Shown: positions 12,336 to 28,694, numbered from the stretch's first letter. The stretch: DNA of 50,476 bases from Amoeboaphelidium protococcarum X5 (GCA_023515725.1 JALDTO010000017.1:1-50476); one strand, 5' to 3'. Notes: generated by a model not told the origin, from the letters alone. Translations and numbers: made by a program.

Positions 12336-12953
12336 ATGCTCAGACTGTTTGTAAAGCTGGATGATCCTGTGGGTGATGGTAAGCGACCTTTTGATGCTAT
12401 AGAGAGAATCCTGCTCACCACATCTGGCAATCTTCAACGTACCGTAAGTGCAATGTATTAGAGGCCAGTCAAAGTTGAGCTGATTGAAAACAAGCGACTG
12501 ATCGCTGATCGTGACGTGTATATGCGACAAGTTTAATTACATCTGGAGCAGGGACTCAACGACTAGGATATACCCTTTGGTGTTGCAATGTCCAAGCTGG
12601 AACTATTTAATCATGATTACGCGTAATTCTTCAGTGATAATCAACCTGGACTTGGTTAATTCTTTGCGCATTTCAACATTCTGCCTGCATTTGAACTGAT
12701 TACTGCTGATAGAAATTTTAATCAAGAGACACTAGTAAAGAGTGACGATATGGATTCTCAATTATAGAAACTATTTGGTAGTGTTGATATAGATGATAGA
12801 GTACTACGGTTCATAAAAGATAATCCAGAAAACATCTACCGCATATATAAACTATCCTACAGAGACTTTGACTGCACCTTGTTGGAAGTTTTGTCGTCGT
12901 CTCTGTTGTCGCAACGCGCGATATTAAATACGAATGTTATTCAATCCCAATGA
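12336..12953 (+). CDS. Chorismate-lyase (UbiC/UTRA/DUF98)-like protein, 205 aa
   Basis: ERILLTTSGNLQRTVSAMYQRPVKVEL...RQVQL...FGVAMS...GLGQFFAHFNILPAFEL...RIYKL...CTLLEVL follows the chorismate-lyase-fold pattern. Assigned by motif recall only. Confidence 0.6.
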
Positions 12954-13039
12954 ATCTGATTATAACACTAAATCTACGGATTTGTCGATATTAGAGTTAA
13001 AGTATGTGTAAGATGAGTATTTTAATTTATCATGATTTT

Positions 13040-14632
13040 TCAAAAATGAAAGCCTTCAACTTGGCCCACAGCGTTCACGATATCACCACTCTTGACGAGT
13101 TGCCAGCACTTGTTCAGATCTGGCGCCATATACCTGTCTTGTATCCATTTCTTAACTCCGGCTGATCTGACACATTCATACACGCGCTCCAAATGACTTG
13201 TAGTCTTCAGTGGACGCAGCATATCCAGAGCCTGACACGAGCACGCCAACTCAATGGCAAGGACACGTTCCACATGCTCCACAACTTTTAGTGCTTTCCT
13301 AGCACTGAATCCACCCATAGACACGTGGTCCTCTTTGGATGCTGAAGTACTGATAGAGTCCACTGATGCTGGATGACACAAGACTTTATTCTCACTGACC
13401 AGACTAGCTGCTGTACAGTGAGCAATCATAAAGCCGCTATTCAGACCACCTTGTTCAGTGAGGAAAGGTGGTAGTCCAGATAGACTGGAATTCACCAACC
13501 GCTCGATTCTGCGTTCAGAAATACTCGCCAGTTCATGTATTCCAATAGCCAAAAAATCACAAGCCTTTGCAACATATTCACCATGAAAGTTTCCGCCAGA
13601 GATGGATTGCTTGGAATCTGCAAATATCATTGGGTTATCAGTTGCGCTATTGCATTCTGTATTGAAAATTCCGTAGGTGAACTTGACGGTATCATTGGCT
13701 ATGCCATGGACTTGAGGCATACATCGCAGAGTATACGAATCTTGCACCTGGCTGCAATACAAATGTGACTGTTATAGCGTGGAATCTGGGTCTCCATACT
13801 TGAGAAGAGTTCGTAATCTTTGAGCACAAAGTACCTGACCAGTATGTGGACGCACCTAATGAATCTTCTCATCAAACGCCTTAGGAGTTCCCTTCAATAC
13901 CTCCAAAGATAAAGCACCAACAATATCAGCGACAAGACAGCAGTTCTAGGCTCTCATCACAGCCTCACATCCAAGTGCACAGATAAATTATGTACCGTTG
14001 ATCATGGCTAGTCCCTCTTTCGCTTTCAACTCAATAGGTTGCAACTAATGCTTAGTCAATACTTCCATTGCATCCAAGTATGATTAAGTCTAATCATCAT
14101 ACATGAGACCTTACCCAATAAGTCCAAGAGCCAGATGTGACAGAGGAGCTAAATCTCCACTGGCACCAACAGTTCCCTGCTCCGGTACAAAAGAGAGACA
14201 ATTCTTGTTAAATGCATCAACCATCTACTTTAACACTTTGACGGATATACCACTGCAACCTTTAGCGAGAACATTGATTCTCAGAGCAAGCAGCATCCTG
14301 GTACGTTCAACCGACAGAGCATCTCCGACACCAGCAGCATGACTAGTGATCAAGTTCACCTGCAGTTCATCCAGCTTATTGTCCGGAATTGACACGGTAG
14401 CAAAATTTCCAAATCCAGTATTTATACCATACACGGGCGTAGGCTTCGATGCTAGTTCCTCCACAAACTGTCTCGACTTTTGTACACATTCCCAAGCATT
14501 CTGACTCAAATCAATCTTCAGATCTCCTTTCGCTAGAGAATATAACATTTCCGGAGTCAAATTACCACCGTCTAAGATTACCAAATTTTTTGAACTCATC
14601 TCTATATGTCGAAGCGAACTATTTACAGGCAT
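13040..14632 (-). CDS. HAL: Histidine ammonia-lyase (histidase)
   Basis: [22 protein letters not shown], the MIO-forming [12 protein letters not shown] (about 14143-14178), [32 protein letters not shown] and KEDHVSMGG. Intronless with TAR=Gln. The start may be the ATG at 14599, at 14632, or further upstream. Confidence 0.93.
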
Positions 14633-15170
14633 AAGAACAGACAGATTTTGAGTGGCGCCCGTCGTGGGAAGAAGAAGAGCTGAGGGGAAGATTAACTATT
14701 CGGGAAGAGCAAGCTAGAAAAGCGTGAGCTTCGAAAGAGACAAGCTGAAACGGAAGATGATCATCGTCGCTTCCCCTTTCCCGATTTTCGGAATTATGAA
14801 AGTTAGATCAGCATTGACGCTACCTAGTAGCATTGGTTGTCGTCATTATTGAGTGATAGCCCATAAATATCACGACAAGTTTCGACCCAGAATACCGTAG
14901 TTCCACATGTCTGTCTCACTTATAAAAGTGTGAATGAAGGAATGTGGTCTCCGAGTGTGAATTAGGCCTGCGATCACACGGCAACGGAATGTCTATAAAT
15001 AGCCTCAATCAACTTCAGTAAATTACTTCCGGCATATTTTGGTTACATCACTTACAGCCTTACATCATAAGTTCTTTTTTCTTGTCTTATATACACTACT
15101 AGTACTATTGATTGAATTACGAATCGAGAGCAACTTTGACTTAAAGTTACAGAGTTTAGTGAAATTTAAT

Positions 15171-17153
15171 ATGATGATCAATCAATTAGTGATAATATTA
15201 ATGGCCAATTTGTGTCTTCTAGTTACAGCGCCATTTCCTGTTAGCACTGGCGGTAGCAACTCTTTATTAGTATCTGATGAAAGAGGTACTTTATATAGTG
15301 TCGTTATTACATCTAGTTAGCTATTAATTGGGTCAATTAATGCATAAACTGGATCATCCTAAATTATGCTGACATATGATATTGGAAGTGCAAGCAATGT
15401 TGTAATTCCCAATATCGCACTAAATAAGAATGGTACCAAAATATACGTGTTTGGCCACACTGTCAACAAGGTTAATTCATTGTGTCCTTCACCATCATCG
15501 TGTAACAAGAACATTGTATTTATGATAATCGTAGATATTGCGACGTCTACGGGGACTTTTGCATATGGGCCCTCGAGCGGTGGGTCAACATACACGACAT
15601 ATGGCGGTGCAGTCAACTCCGTTAATGATAACGCGTATCTACTCTATGGCTCATAATAGTTCACCTTAGGCTGCTCTTTTGATTCGGGAATTGTGGTTTA
15701 TAATGCAATTTCCAATGCGTATTTTGATGTTGCTGGAATTTCCATTACATGCGGTATTGATAGATAAGCTCTAATTAGTTAAACGTCGTCTAATTAGATG
15801 GTGTATTTCTTATCCGCGTCCGGTAATTAATTCAACTATGCTTTTATCTCATCTACTGGTACTCAACTTTCCACTGCTCAGGTGTCATCCACTCTCTTTA
15901 CATCATATGGATACTCGAAGTATTTTAATCAGTCAATTGGATTAATCGGTACTACTGGTGCTAATAAGCTGCAATACTATGCTCCAAATCAGTTTACTTA
16001 ATAGTCTACTGTAAATCTGCCTAGCTATTTAACTGCTGCTGTAGGATCATCATTGTCTTTTAGTGAAAAATATGTCATACTTGCCACCAGTACCGAGTAA
16101 CTAGTTTTGGTAAATTAACAAGGCGCTATTGCGTACAATGTATCGACTGGCGCTTCCAGTATTGTGTCGACTGCGTATGATCCTTCTACAGGATTTCTGT
16201 ACTACTCCACTGGTACACAGATCGTTTAGCTGGCACTGCCTGCATCGCTAAAAGTGACGAGCACGACTAGCACTACTACGATAACTACAACCACGACTAC
16301 CACGACGACGACAACTACAACCACAACGACGACTACTACTACTACTACTACCAGTACTACTACTACTACCACGACTACTAGCACCAGCACCACGACGACT
16401 AGTACCACCGCCAGTACTGCATCATCGTCCACTGTGCGCCCAACTTCTACTGCTGGTCCGACTGCCACTGCTCTATCGACTTCAAGTAAAGTATCAACAT
16501 CTATGACAGTCTTGGCCTCTGTTCTACCATCCTCGTCTACTGTAGTCACCATTTCTACTACGTCAATAACCACGGTTCCTGTGTAAACGAGTACCACGCT
16601 TCAAGGAGTAGTTAGTTACAATTCGTAAGTAAGCTCTTCGTAAGGCTAGTCATCTCAAGTAGTATTGTCCACAGTTTCTACTACTCCGGGCGCTGTAGAT
16701 CCTGTGTCGTCTACTGTCACAAATGTGATTTAGACTACCAGTACGTCTTTGATTTTGGATAAAAGCAGTACTAGTTCAGAGTCTACATCTGATATGACTC
16801 TGTCTGCTACGAATACCGTCGCAAAGTCCTCAGTATCCGCGCAGTAAGTATCGCTGATTGTGCACAGTTCGTCATCGTCTAAGTTTGTTTCCACCTAGTC
16901 ATCAACGCTCTAGTTTACCTTTGTTCAAGATCAACATAGCAGTTCAACTTAGCATCAATCTTCAACAGTTGCGGTTACTACCTCTTCATAGGAAGATAAT
17001 AATAATGGAACCTTTGATAGTCAATTCGTGTATGGTCCAATCACGCCAGGATCGTTTTTGGCCATTGCAGTGTGTGGAATTTTGGTTCTGTCCGTTTCAG
17101 CTGGTGCTAGTGCTTACTTTTGGCGCGTAAGAAGGTATAATAAGAATTTGTGA
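15171..17153 (+). CDS. Type I membrane mucin-like surface protein (beta-rich ectodomain, poly-Thr/Ser stalk, C-terminal TM), ~660 aa
   Basis: Signal peptide MMINQLVIILMANLCLLVTA. ORFs 15366 and 16254 share the frame. TM FLAIAVCGILVLSVSAGASAYFW followed by RVRRYNKNL*. Confidence 0.82.
16254..16410 (+). repeat. Coding (ACN)n poly-threonine tract
   Basis: Runs of ACT/ACC/ACG/ACA codons encoding TTTTT... in the mucin stalk. The poly-Val ORF on the minus strand is its shadow. Confidence 0.9.
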
Positions 17154-17357
17154 TGGGAATATAAATGAATGCAACTAATTTAATTAATTTTATATTTTCT
17201 ATTACCCATATATACTACCTGCATCAGGTGCAGTTGACAGAAACTAAAGTATGATGAATCGCGACAATTCTTGACGACGACAGATCAAGCGGACGTTCTT
17301 TTGCATTGTTTCAACTCCTTTAGTTATCACTCTTCACTTCAACAATTGGTGAGTGGA

Positions 17358-18764
17358 ATGAGCACAATCTAGCTTATTTCTATAGCACTTAGTTGCTGGA
17401 TATTCTTGATATATGCTGGATTCCCGCTGTCTCTGTAGACTTCATCCTAATTGGTGTTGTTGAATGTTGATTCAGATGGCAATCTATATGCGGCCACAGT
17501 TAACGAGACTCATCTTTATTTGAATAAATACTCTGGCAGTGGAAATTTACAATACTCAAGTTCTCTTAATGTCAGTCAGACATCGATGCTTTCGTTGAAA
17601 AAATTGTCGCTATCTGAGGACACTGGTTCTGTTTATCTGGCTGGTACCACATATGCGAGTTTCGGTAACAATTCTATCATTGGGGTAAGTAATATGTTCC
17701 TTAATCAGTACAATATTTCATCTGGGCAATTAATCAATTGTTCATTCTATGGAAGAGATAATACTATCTGGTCTAATTCGTACGTTGGGGCAAATGGAAC
17801 TTATTATTTCATGTACAATGTTAATATGGGCCCAAATTTTGAATAGACCATGACTAGCTACGAAATTAATATTATGGCAGTAACGGCGAACAGTACTTTA
17901 ACATCTGTTTTGACTTATATACTATAAATTCCAACCAGTCTTTTTCTCGCATAGCCACTGCTGGGATACAGTAAACCGTAGGATAAGCTCAGTGTGATTT
18001 GGCCATTGTCCGGTGAGTAGAGTACTTCATAAGGCTCGTTGGCAACTTCATAAATATCATATCTGCAACTCTTGACTAATGGAACGATTGTGCGAGAGGG
18101 TACTGTGGGTTAACCATTACCTTATCCTATTTAATTAGTTAGCGGTCCTAATGGACACATGGTTTACCTAGCGGATAATTCTGGCGTGCTGATTGTAAAT
18201 GACAATTTGGGTCTAGTTTCGATTAAAAGTATACCACTGCTGGATTTTGCCTCCTCAAGTCTGATTTATTATTCTAACGATTATCCATTCATTTTTATAG
18301 TGGCCTAAAATGGACAATTTGCTGCAATTGATCAAAATGGACAGATATAATTTTACTTGAATCCCTTACTCAACCTGTCACCGGGGAGTGTGGCATACGA
18401 CAAAATCTCCAACAGACTGTTTGCCTCTTATAATGGAATAATATCATTTGCTAGTGTGAATGAAACAATTTCTCCTCAATCTATGGCATCAAGGAAGTCG
18501 TCAACGACTACAACGACCATGAGAGCCACAACTTCTGCACCCGCTCAAGAAACAATCCGTCCACCTCCACCGCCTGTCAGTAGAACATCCTCTAGAACGC
18601 TGAGTACATCGGTTCAGGGTACACTGACGAATCAAAATCGTCCTTCTGAGCGAGCAAATGCTAATGGTATATTTTATGGAGTGTGCGCTATAATTTTAGT
18701 CACTCCACTGATAGCTGGTCTCGCCTCCTATTTCGTTACAAGGCACCGCTTGAAGTACAGTTGA
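17358..18764 (+). CDS. Tandem paralog of the preceding surface protein (signal peptide, beta-propeller-like repeats, shorter S/T/P stalk, TM), ~468 aa
   Basis: Signal MSTIQLISIALSCWIFLIYA, then GFPLS...VDSDGNLY (cf. PFPVS...SDERGTLY in the neighbour) and GSVYLAGTT. TM IFYGVCAIILVTPLIAGLASYFV followed by TRHRLKYS*. Confidence 0.8.
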
Positions 18765-20103
18765 ATAACTACAGAGCTGATATAATTTTGGCTCCTTTAC
18801 TTTTTCTTTTTTACAAGCTTGATGTTATTTCCAATGAATTGGTTTTCATTGAGCATTGCAATGTATAGCGCATTTTACAAGTGATAATTTTCTATTTTAT
18901 AGAATTAAATTGTCACCATTTGTTTATGGATTAGCAATCACTATCAACAGTCTTTTAACTCTGATGGAGATTGTTGTAAACATTGCTGATATAAAGTGAC
19001 TTTTACAGAGCCTCCTCTCTCCACCCATAGTGAGGTTGTTTTGAAAAGCTCATACATTCTCTTTACACCCAGTTAGTAATTAGATCATCTAATTTGAATG
19101 ATGGTCGCCGTTCACTAAGTCTTTACAATAAATATTATCAAAGTACTGTCGTTTTGACGCGTCATTTACGAGGGGATACGCGTTCTTGAGGAAGTGATAT
19201 GAACTGTGGCAGTGATGTTTGACGCGTATTGTACAAATGCTTAAATAATTTAAAAAATTTTAATATTAATTAGCAGCATATAATATTCTATAATGTATTC
19301 TTTGAATGATTAAATTAAATTTCAGCGTTGAATGAGTTTAAATGCAGGGGGCTCGATAGGATCAATCAATCAACTTACATCTAATGTTTCGCAGATAAAG
19401 TCACAACAGAATCGTCTCCCATTAATGGACACGCCTTATTTTTCGGTCCAGCTATGAAGTGTACCATGTTCATGCCCATGAATTGTTCAGCTAATTCCTC
19501 TTCTATCTATACCTGATAGCCTCCATTTACATTGCTAACCTCTACATATGTTTGATTATAAATTTACTGGCGAATTCAATCTAGAACTTACAGCCCCCCA
19601 TACTAACGATAATGATATAATATATCTACGTTGCAAATAAAACGTTGAATTTAAGGACGTTTATACAAAAAGAAGTGTATTGAATATTAGGAGCTTATAT
19701 ATCAATGTCGTGAATACCGTATTGACCATATTGAAGGCACCAGGCATATAAGTGAGTACAATTAATAATTAGAGATTTCTCACTGCTCCAAGTCCTACGT
19801 GATATATTAGACCATTCTGTATACATCTATATTTTCGAAACTACAATAACTCTTCAGCAACACTTCATTCTAGTTACATGACACTGTTGAAACGCAACAA
19901 TACGACATCAATATGGGCCGTCGGGCTTTCAAAGGCTTTGCATAAGTGCCTCCTAGCTGCGATGAGCGTGTGAAAATTCTAACGAATACGAGATCAAAAA
20001 CAAGATGCAGAGACATACTCAGACAAAGTTACTGAACACATGATGTAGTGAATATAATACGCGTTTAATCATGTCGATAATTATATACAACAACGTTTCA
20101 TTT

Positions 20104-20721
20104 TCATAAAAAGAAATTCTCATTTGAAATATTATTCAGCGTCTACACCAAAGCATCATGGTAAGATCCCGGATGTCGTGATCAATAAGATATTTACCTT
20201 TTCTAATGCGTTCAAATACTTGTTCACATCATCGTAGTTCTATCTTGGGTCCAAAATCAGTTCAACCACTCGTTAATAAGTCCACGGATAGCTAAAGAAT
20301 GACATTATGATTCATAGATTATCAACCACCATGACTAGGTACTTACTTTTCTAAGTCTCGAATCATGTCAGAAATTCCAAGTACTTTCAGCATAAGGCTC
20401 TGAGTTTTCAAAACAGGTTCAATCTTTTCCATTGTCTACAACACAGTTCTTACCATTATATGATAAGGCTATAAATTTAATTAATGAAGTCAGTCTTACA
20501 TCGAAAAACTTGGAGAGAAGCATCTATTGGGCGTCTTTCCATTCAGTCACTCTGCATACATTAGAACGGAATGGATGGGCATAAAACTATGGGACACAAT
20601 CTTACTTTTGAACGTCTTTTTCTGTAGAAAGTATCAACTCTTGCTCCCACTCATCCTTCCAATCGGCAACATCTTAATTCTCAAGATTCCACACTTCTTC
20701 CTCTTCATTCATCATCATCAT
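20104..20721 (-). CDS. PPP4R2/Psy4-like protein phosphatase 4 regulatory subunit (short form), 4 exons
   Basis: Introns 20436-20499, 20292-20346 and 20143-20197. The spliced product contains YPWTYQRVVELILDPRQNYDDVNKYLNALEKTL, resembling the PPP4R2 PFTIQRLCELL.DP..NY...KYL.ALEK motif. Confidence 0.7.
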
Positions 20722-20871
20722 AATCTTTCTGTACTCCTTTAGTTGAAACGCGCGTGTTGTCTCTGTGTCTTAAAACAAGAAAAAGTTTTGAGTAATAAAG
20801 CTGTGACCAAGAAACTAGGATAGATATAAAAATCACGTCGCATAAAATCAAATTCATATCAGTGTAATTAC

Positions 20872-22548
20872 TCACTACTTTAAGATACGTTCAATGTCAT
20901 GCAATGCCTTGGGAGCGTCATTGGAAAACACTTCATGGCCATCAACCGTGATCAGCACGACGTCTTCGATTCTGACTCCACCAAGTTTACGGTTGACAAA
21001 CTAATCAACCACCGCCCAATTGATGTATTCCTTAGCTTGCGGTTCAACCTTCTCAAAATTGCCAGATTTAACTCTATTTAATACTTCAGCATTAAAATAA
21101 AGGCCAGGTTCAATCGTCACGACATCATTTTCCAACAGGACAAGATCGTTAGGCGAAGGTTGAACATCATGTACATCCAAGCCCACAGTATGTCCAAGAC
21201 CATGCGGCATAAAAGCACGGGCAACTTTGTACTATATCAATTATTAGAACGAAGAATTCTGCTTGGAAGGAAACTTAATGAGATTCATGCGCAACAATCC
21301 TCTCAATAAAACATTGTCAGCATGTGCAGCAACATCCGACCACTTGACTCCAGCTTTTAACATTGTAATACACTCAGTATTAGCCTGGTAGACAATTTCA
21401 TAAATTTACTTCTCAACCTCTGAAAACTCCAGCCCCAGCGGTATTGTACGAGTAACATCGGACGCGTAATTACGATAAGAACCACTAGCATCAACCAACA
21501 AGAATCCTGCAGACGTAGGTCGGCGATTATTTTAATCCAAAATATAACGATATGATCTACGAAATAAACTAGCAGTTGAACGAAGTAAAGCATTGCCGGC
21601 AGTCTCATCAAATCCTTAATAATGCAAAACAGCAGCATGATCATTCGCAGCCACAATAGGATCATACGCTTGCACTCTGCAACCACAAATGAACGTATCA
21701 TGCTTAAATTAAGAGAGTAGAGAGTACTCACTCTTAACCGCGGAACGCTGAGCCATGAGCTGCATCAGATGCAAGTGCGAGTAAGATGCAACTTGGGTGG
21801 CATACCTGATTAGATCCAACTCAACTGGATCCTTCTGTCTTCTCAGCTAAAACATGGTATCTTTCAATTTACCCTCATCCAGAGTCACACTAGCTGGAAT
21901 ATCACGTATGATGGCACCGTTATTAGTGTACAATACAGAACTATTACCTATGATAATGCCATCATAGTTCACAGATTCTGTAGAGTTTAGTATCTAAACA
22001 GCATCGATACCACTCTCAACCATAATCTATTCTACCGGGTAAGCACCTTCAAAAGCAATATCGCGATACTGCAGATACAATCTACTGAAATGCAAGCGAC
22101 TACCATTATACACACCAAAATCTTGAATAACAAGCACAGATGAAGGATAATTTACACCAGTCAGATAATAGAAATTTGGATCCTATTTAAAATCGACCCC
22201 ATCATTGTTTATTGATGATCTCCTGCCAAACACCACCACATTGAATGGAAGACTTTGATTGACGCTACTGATGCTGTGGTTGCCATCAATGCTACCGGCA
22301 AGAGAATCAATCAATTTCTATCTATGCGCAATGAATAAAGATCTGTCATACGTGGGCTATCTAATATCAAAAGGACATGTAGTATTTGGACGTGTTGTCT
22401 ACAATGCATATTGCTAATAATCAATCAAGATCAATAACCTCCACAATGACAATGCTGCAAATAACGCAGTGCTCAAATATGCCCACTATCTACGTGTAAT
22501 TTTGTACACCACCAGGTAATTAGCCTCTCTCTACGGTTTAACACTCAT
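20872..22548 (-). CDS. Xaa-Pro dipeptidase/aminopeptidase P (peptidase M24B) with N-terminal hydrophobic anchor, ~558 aa
   Basis: [53 protein letters not shown] and [10 protein letters not shown]-terminal segment [21 protein letters not shown]. Confidence 0.9.
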
Positions 22549-22906
22549 TTTTATTCAATTCAATTAATTTTAATATAGAGTATTTAAATAACTAGACGCC
22601 GCCTTTAAATCACGGCTGAGCCTAACTAGAAAATTGAATAAAAATAACCAAAATAGATGATTACAAAAAGTGTCGAGATCAACGCGACAAACTTTCAAAT
22701 GTTTCTTTTTTTAACGAGCGCGCGTTGTCGTTTAACTTTCTCTTATCTCGCCCCTTTGTCAAAGAAGCGTTTGGCGCACCGTCTTTTTACTTTACTTGTT
22801 CCATCAATACTCTTAGAGTCGATCCTGTAGTGTTAGATAATACCATTTTGCAACTTGTAATAATACTACTAGTCTGTGAGATTTAAACATTTAATCAATA
22901 ACAACT

Positions 22907-25600
22907 ATGAGTAATGATGTTGGTGCAGTGTAATAGTTACTCAGTGATGTCCAAGTGTTCGATGTGGACGGTTTTACTTTGCTTGTAAAGTAATAGCTAA
23001 AGTCTTCGGGGTCTGTATCAACTCTGTCTGATTAGTTGAACTCTGTTATTAGTAAAGCTGATTCTCAAGTTGATGAATGCGTTAGAAATAATTATGAATC
23101 TTTTAGCAAGAGTGTGGTTGAGTATTAAATGTTGTCTACACAGGTGGTGGATCTTAAGTCTCAGGTTGAGTCCATCAAGTAGACCATGTCTGATAGTTGT
23201 GTGAATGTTATTGAACTTTAGGATTCTTTGATATAACATGCCATAGTGTATGATAATATTGATGGCTGCATTCAGAAAATCAAATAGATTCAGTAGATTT
23301 TGTAACAAGTACAGAACATATACCAGCTGTCAACTGCCGATAAGCGGTATTTCTACTCGGCTTTGAAGTAGTTGAATGACCTTTAAGATGATTTGCTGGA
23401 TGAAGATTACTCTTTTATTCTATAGATTCGCGATTAATTCATCCCGTAAACTTAGAATAGTATCCAGAAGTAGGTGCTTAAAGAGTTTGAAAACTGGTCC
23501 TAATTGGTCATTGAGCTATAGCCAACAGTTGGTCAGGTGGCTATGAACAATACTCGCCGACGAGGTTTTGACATTGGAATACTTTCCGTGGGTAATGCTG
23601 ACTTTATACCGCCTTAAAGTAGTTTAGATTCTTAGTAGTAGGATACTATTAGTAATAAGAGAAGCAATCTAAGTCTGGCTAGTGCTCAGCGTGACGGTGG
23701 TGGTATTGGACCGAGTCGTTCCATGAAGAGTATGCAGTCTATTGAGTAGATTCTAAATGCTGAACCTGCTGTTGATCCACTTAATAATCAGAATGTTCAA
23801 GTCAACTGCAAGCCTTTATATTAATGTCTTCATATTCATGATGTTATGGATGATAGATAATCTTTTAAGCTCAAATATTCAAATTTGAGATCAGAGTAGT
23901 TGCAGGCGCTTATACAAAGTTTCTCTGATAAGTCTATACGTTCAGAATCAGATATTCCTAGTTTTGAACAGTTTATTAACAGAGTGGCTGGCTTTTTTAT
24001 AATTGAAAATCATGTCGTGAAGAGTACTAATTAGTTCAGGACCAAGGATAGTATTATGCAGTTGTGGCAAACGACTATTGTCAATCTAAAGAGTATTGTA
24101 ACTGATGCTTTAAAGTCGTGTTAGAATACTCAGCATTTCATGTCTGTGAAAGAGATCATCATCTGCTTTATTACGATTCTTTAAGGATTCAAGTTTGATA
24201 TCGGGCAAATGTACTCTCTCATCATGACATTCTTCAGTGTATATCGTGACTTGAAATGCACAGAGTGTGGTAAGGCTTGCTAAGAACTGATCATGTCTGA
24301 TGCTGGTGATGCTCTTATGGTTGAGTCTTTATCTGCATTGGAACGATTATAATAAGTTTATCAGTTCGAATTTCAGCCTGAAAAGTATCCGTGCTCTGTC
24401 TAATTCTCATCGCCATTTATGGGCTGCTGTACTCAGATTCGGTCATTTATATAGGATGTGTATCAATTTGGAGAAGGATTTTATCAGGACTATGAAGAGA
24501 TTAATAAAGTTTTGGTGGAAGGTGTCATTCGTCTCATTGGTTACCAGATTGTATCTGCGAATCAGACAAAGTTGAAGTAGAATAATATTCAATTGACTGA
24601 AATTGTGCGCATTTTGATCAATATGGACCACCTTACGCTGTTTGTGCCACAAGTTTGGGATATTCTACTGTAGAAGAGTAACGAAAGCAGGAAATTGGCT
24701 GGCAAGACAACAACTTTGAATGCGGATCAATAGTCTAGCCAGTTCATCAGTCAATGCAATAGCAAACTATCACAAGTCAAGCAAGTTGCAGAGGAACGGT
24801 TGTTTGAAGTATTACACTCTAAAATTGATTCCTTTGTAGAGTTGAATGATTATGATTTTGCCGGTGAAAGGTCCAAGGTCAATTCGCCCGTTAGGAGCAA
24901 GAATGTATCTCCAGTTGGTCAGCATTAAAGCCATATGGAGCCTAGTTAGTTCCTCACTGATCTCGTGTCCTTCCTTGAGACTATGTGGTCTGCAACGCTG
25001 ATAGAACTTCCGGACACTATCAAGTCATTCATGTACTATGATGCCATTAATCGCATAGGCGAAAAGATGCTCGAGCTCCTGCTCAATCCTAACATCAAGA
25101 AGCTATCGATGCAATTTGTTGATGGCCAGATGAGTGTAGATATTCAGTTCTTGTACAAGTTTCTACTGAACCTGAAAGATGAAAAGTTGCTGGACCCATT
25201 TTAAGAACTGCTACAAAGTGTATCTCTTCTGCAGATTAGTTCCAATTTGGAGCACTTTATTGATTCTAAATCACGAAGAAAGTATTATGGGCGTGTAAGT
25301 GCGCGAAATGCTCTATCGTTGTTAGTCAAGTATCGAGATGGTTCTCAGTGGCAAGTCGAAACTTCCAGTGGAAATGGTGCCTCTTCCTTCTTCAAGTTCA
25401 CCACCTCACCCACTTCACCGCCGTCTGCAAAGTCCGGCTCTACCTAGTCATCCACGATCACTTCTCCATCGGACAGCGGCGTTGCATCTCCAACTGCTGC
25501 AAGTAAGGAATCGGAAGGTGACCGCATATTATCGCGTAAGAAGGCGCTTGACGCGGTCATCAAGCATCTCAAAGAAGAAGTGAAGAAGAATATATCATGA
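22907..25600 (+). CDS. SEC15: Exocyst subunit Sec15/EXOC6, ~897 aa
   Basis: YFYSALKQL, VNCKPLYQCLHIHDVM, VAGFFIIENHVVKST, IHSKIDSFVELNDYD and FQELLQSVSLL in one continuous frame with TAR=Gln. Confidence 0.85.
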
Positions 25601-25964
25601 TTCAATCAATTAATTGCTTTGCAGTGAAATAATTTCTTGATTGAGTATTATTTCAACCTGCTATACTTTTAAATATGATTAGACTACCAGTGAGTTTAGT
25701 ATAGAACAGCCACGGCCACTCAGACATAGAGCTCGACCACACGGTACGAAGCGCGTTTCAATTCATCAATTCTCCACTGAAAAAAGACCCATTCTGTTTC
25801 AGTCGGTTCAAGATCGTTCCACTCGGCCGACATGATGGCGGGAGAGAGAGAGAGATGAAACAAGATAGAGAGAAAGAGTTAGGCGCCCTGTCGCGTCTCT
25901 CCTCTTCTCCATTTACTCATCTTGCTACCATAGCTGTGTGTAAGACTATATATATCTAGTCGTC

Positions 25965-28694
<2,730 letters not shown>

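Noticed and set aside
16226-16597. Poly-valine ORF on the minus strand
   Set aside because: It is the reverse complement of the poly-Thr stalk of the plus-strand surface protein.
18800-20100. 1.3-kb gap with a TGA-free plus-strand frame at 19649-20035 and possible minus-strand exon fragments
   Set aside because: No recognisable motif or convincing start/splice model. With one stop codon, open frames of this length arise by chance. A divergent gene cannot be excluded without RNA-seq.
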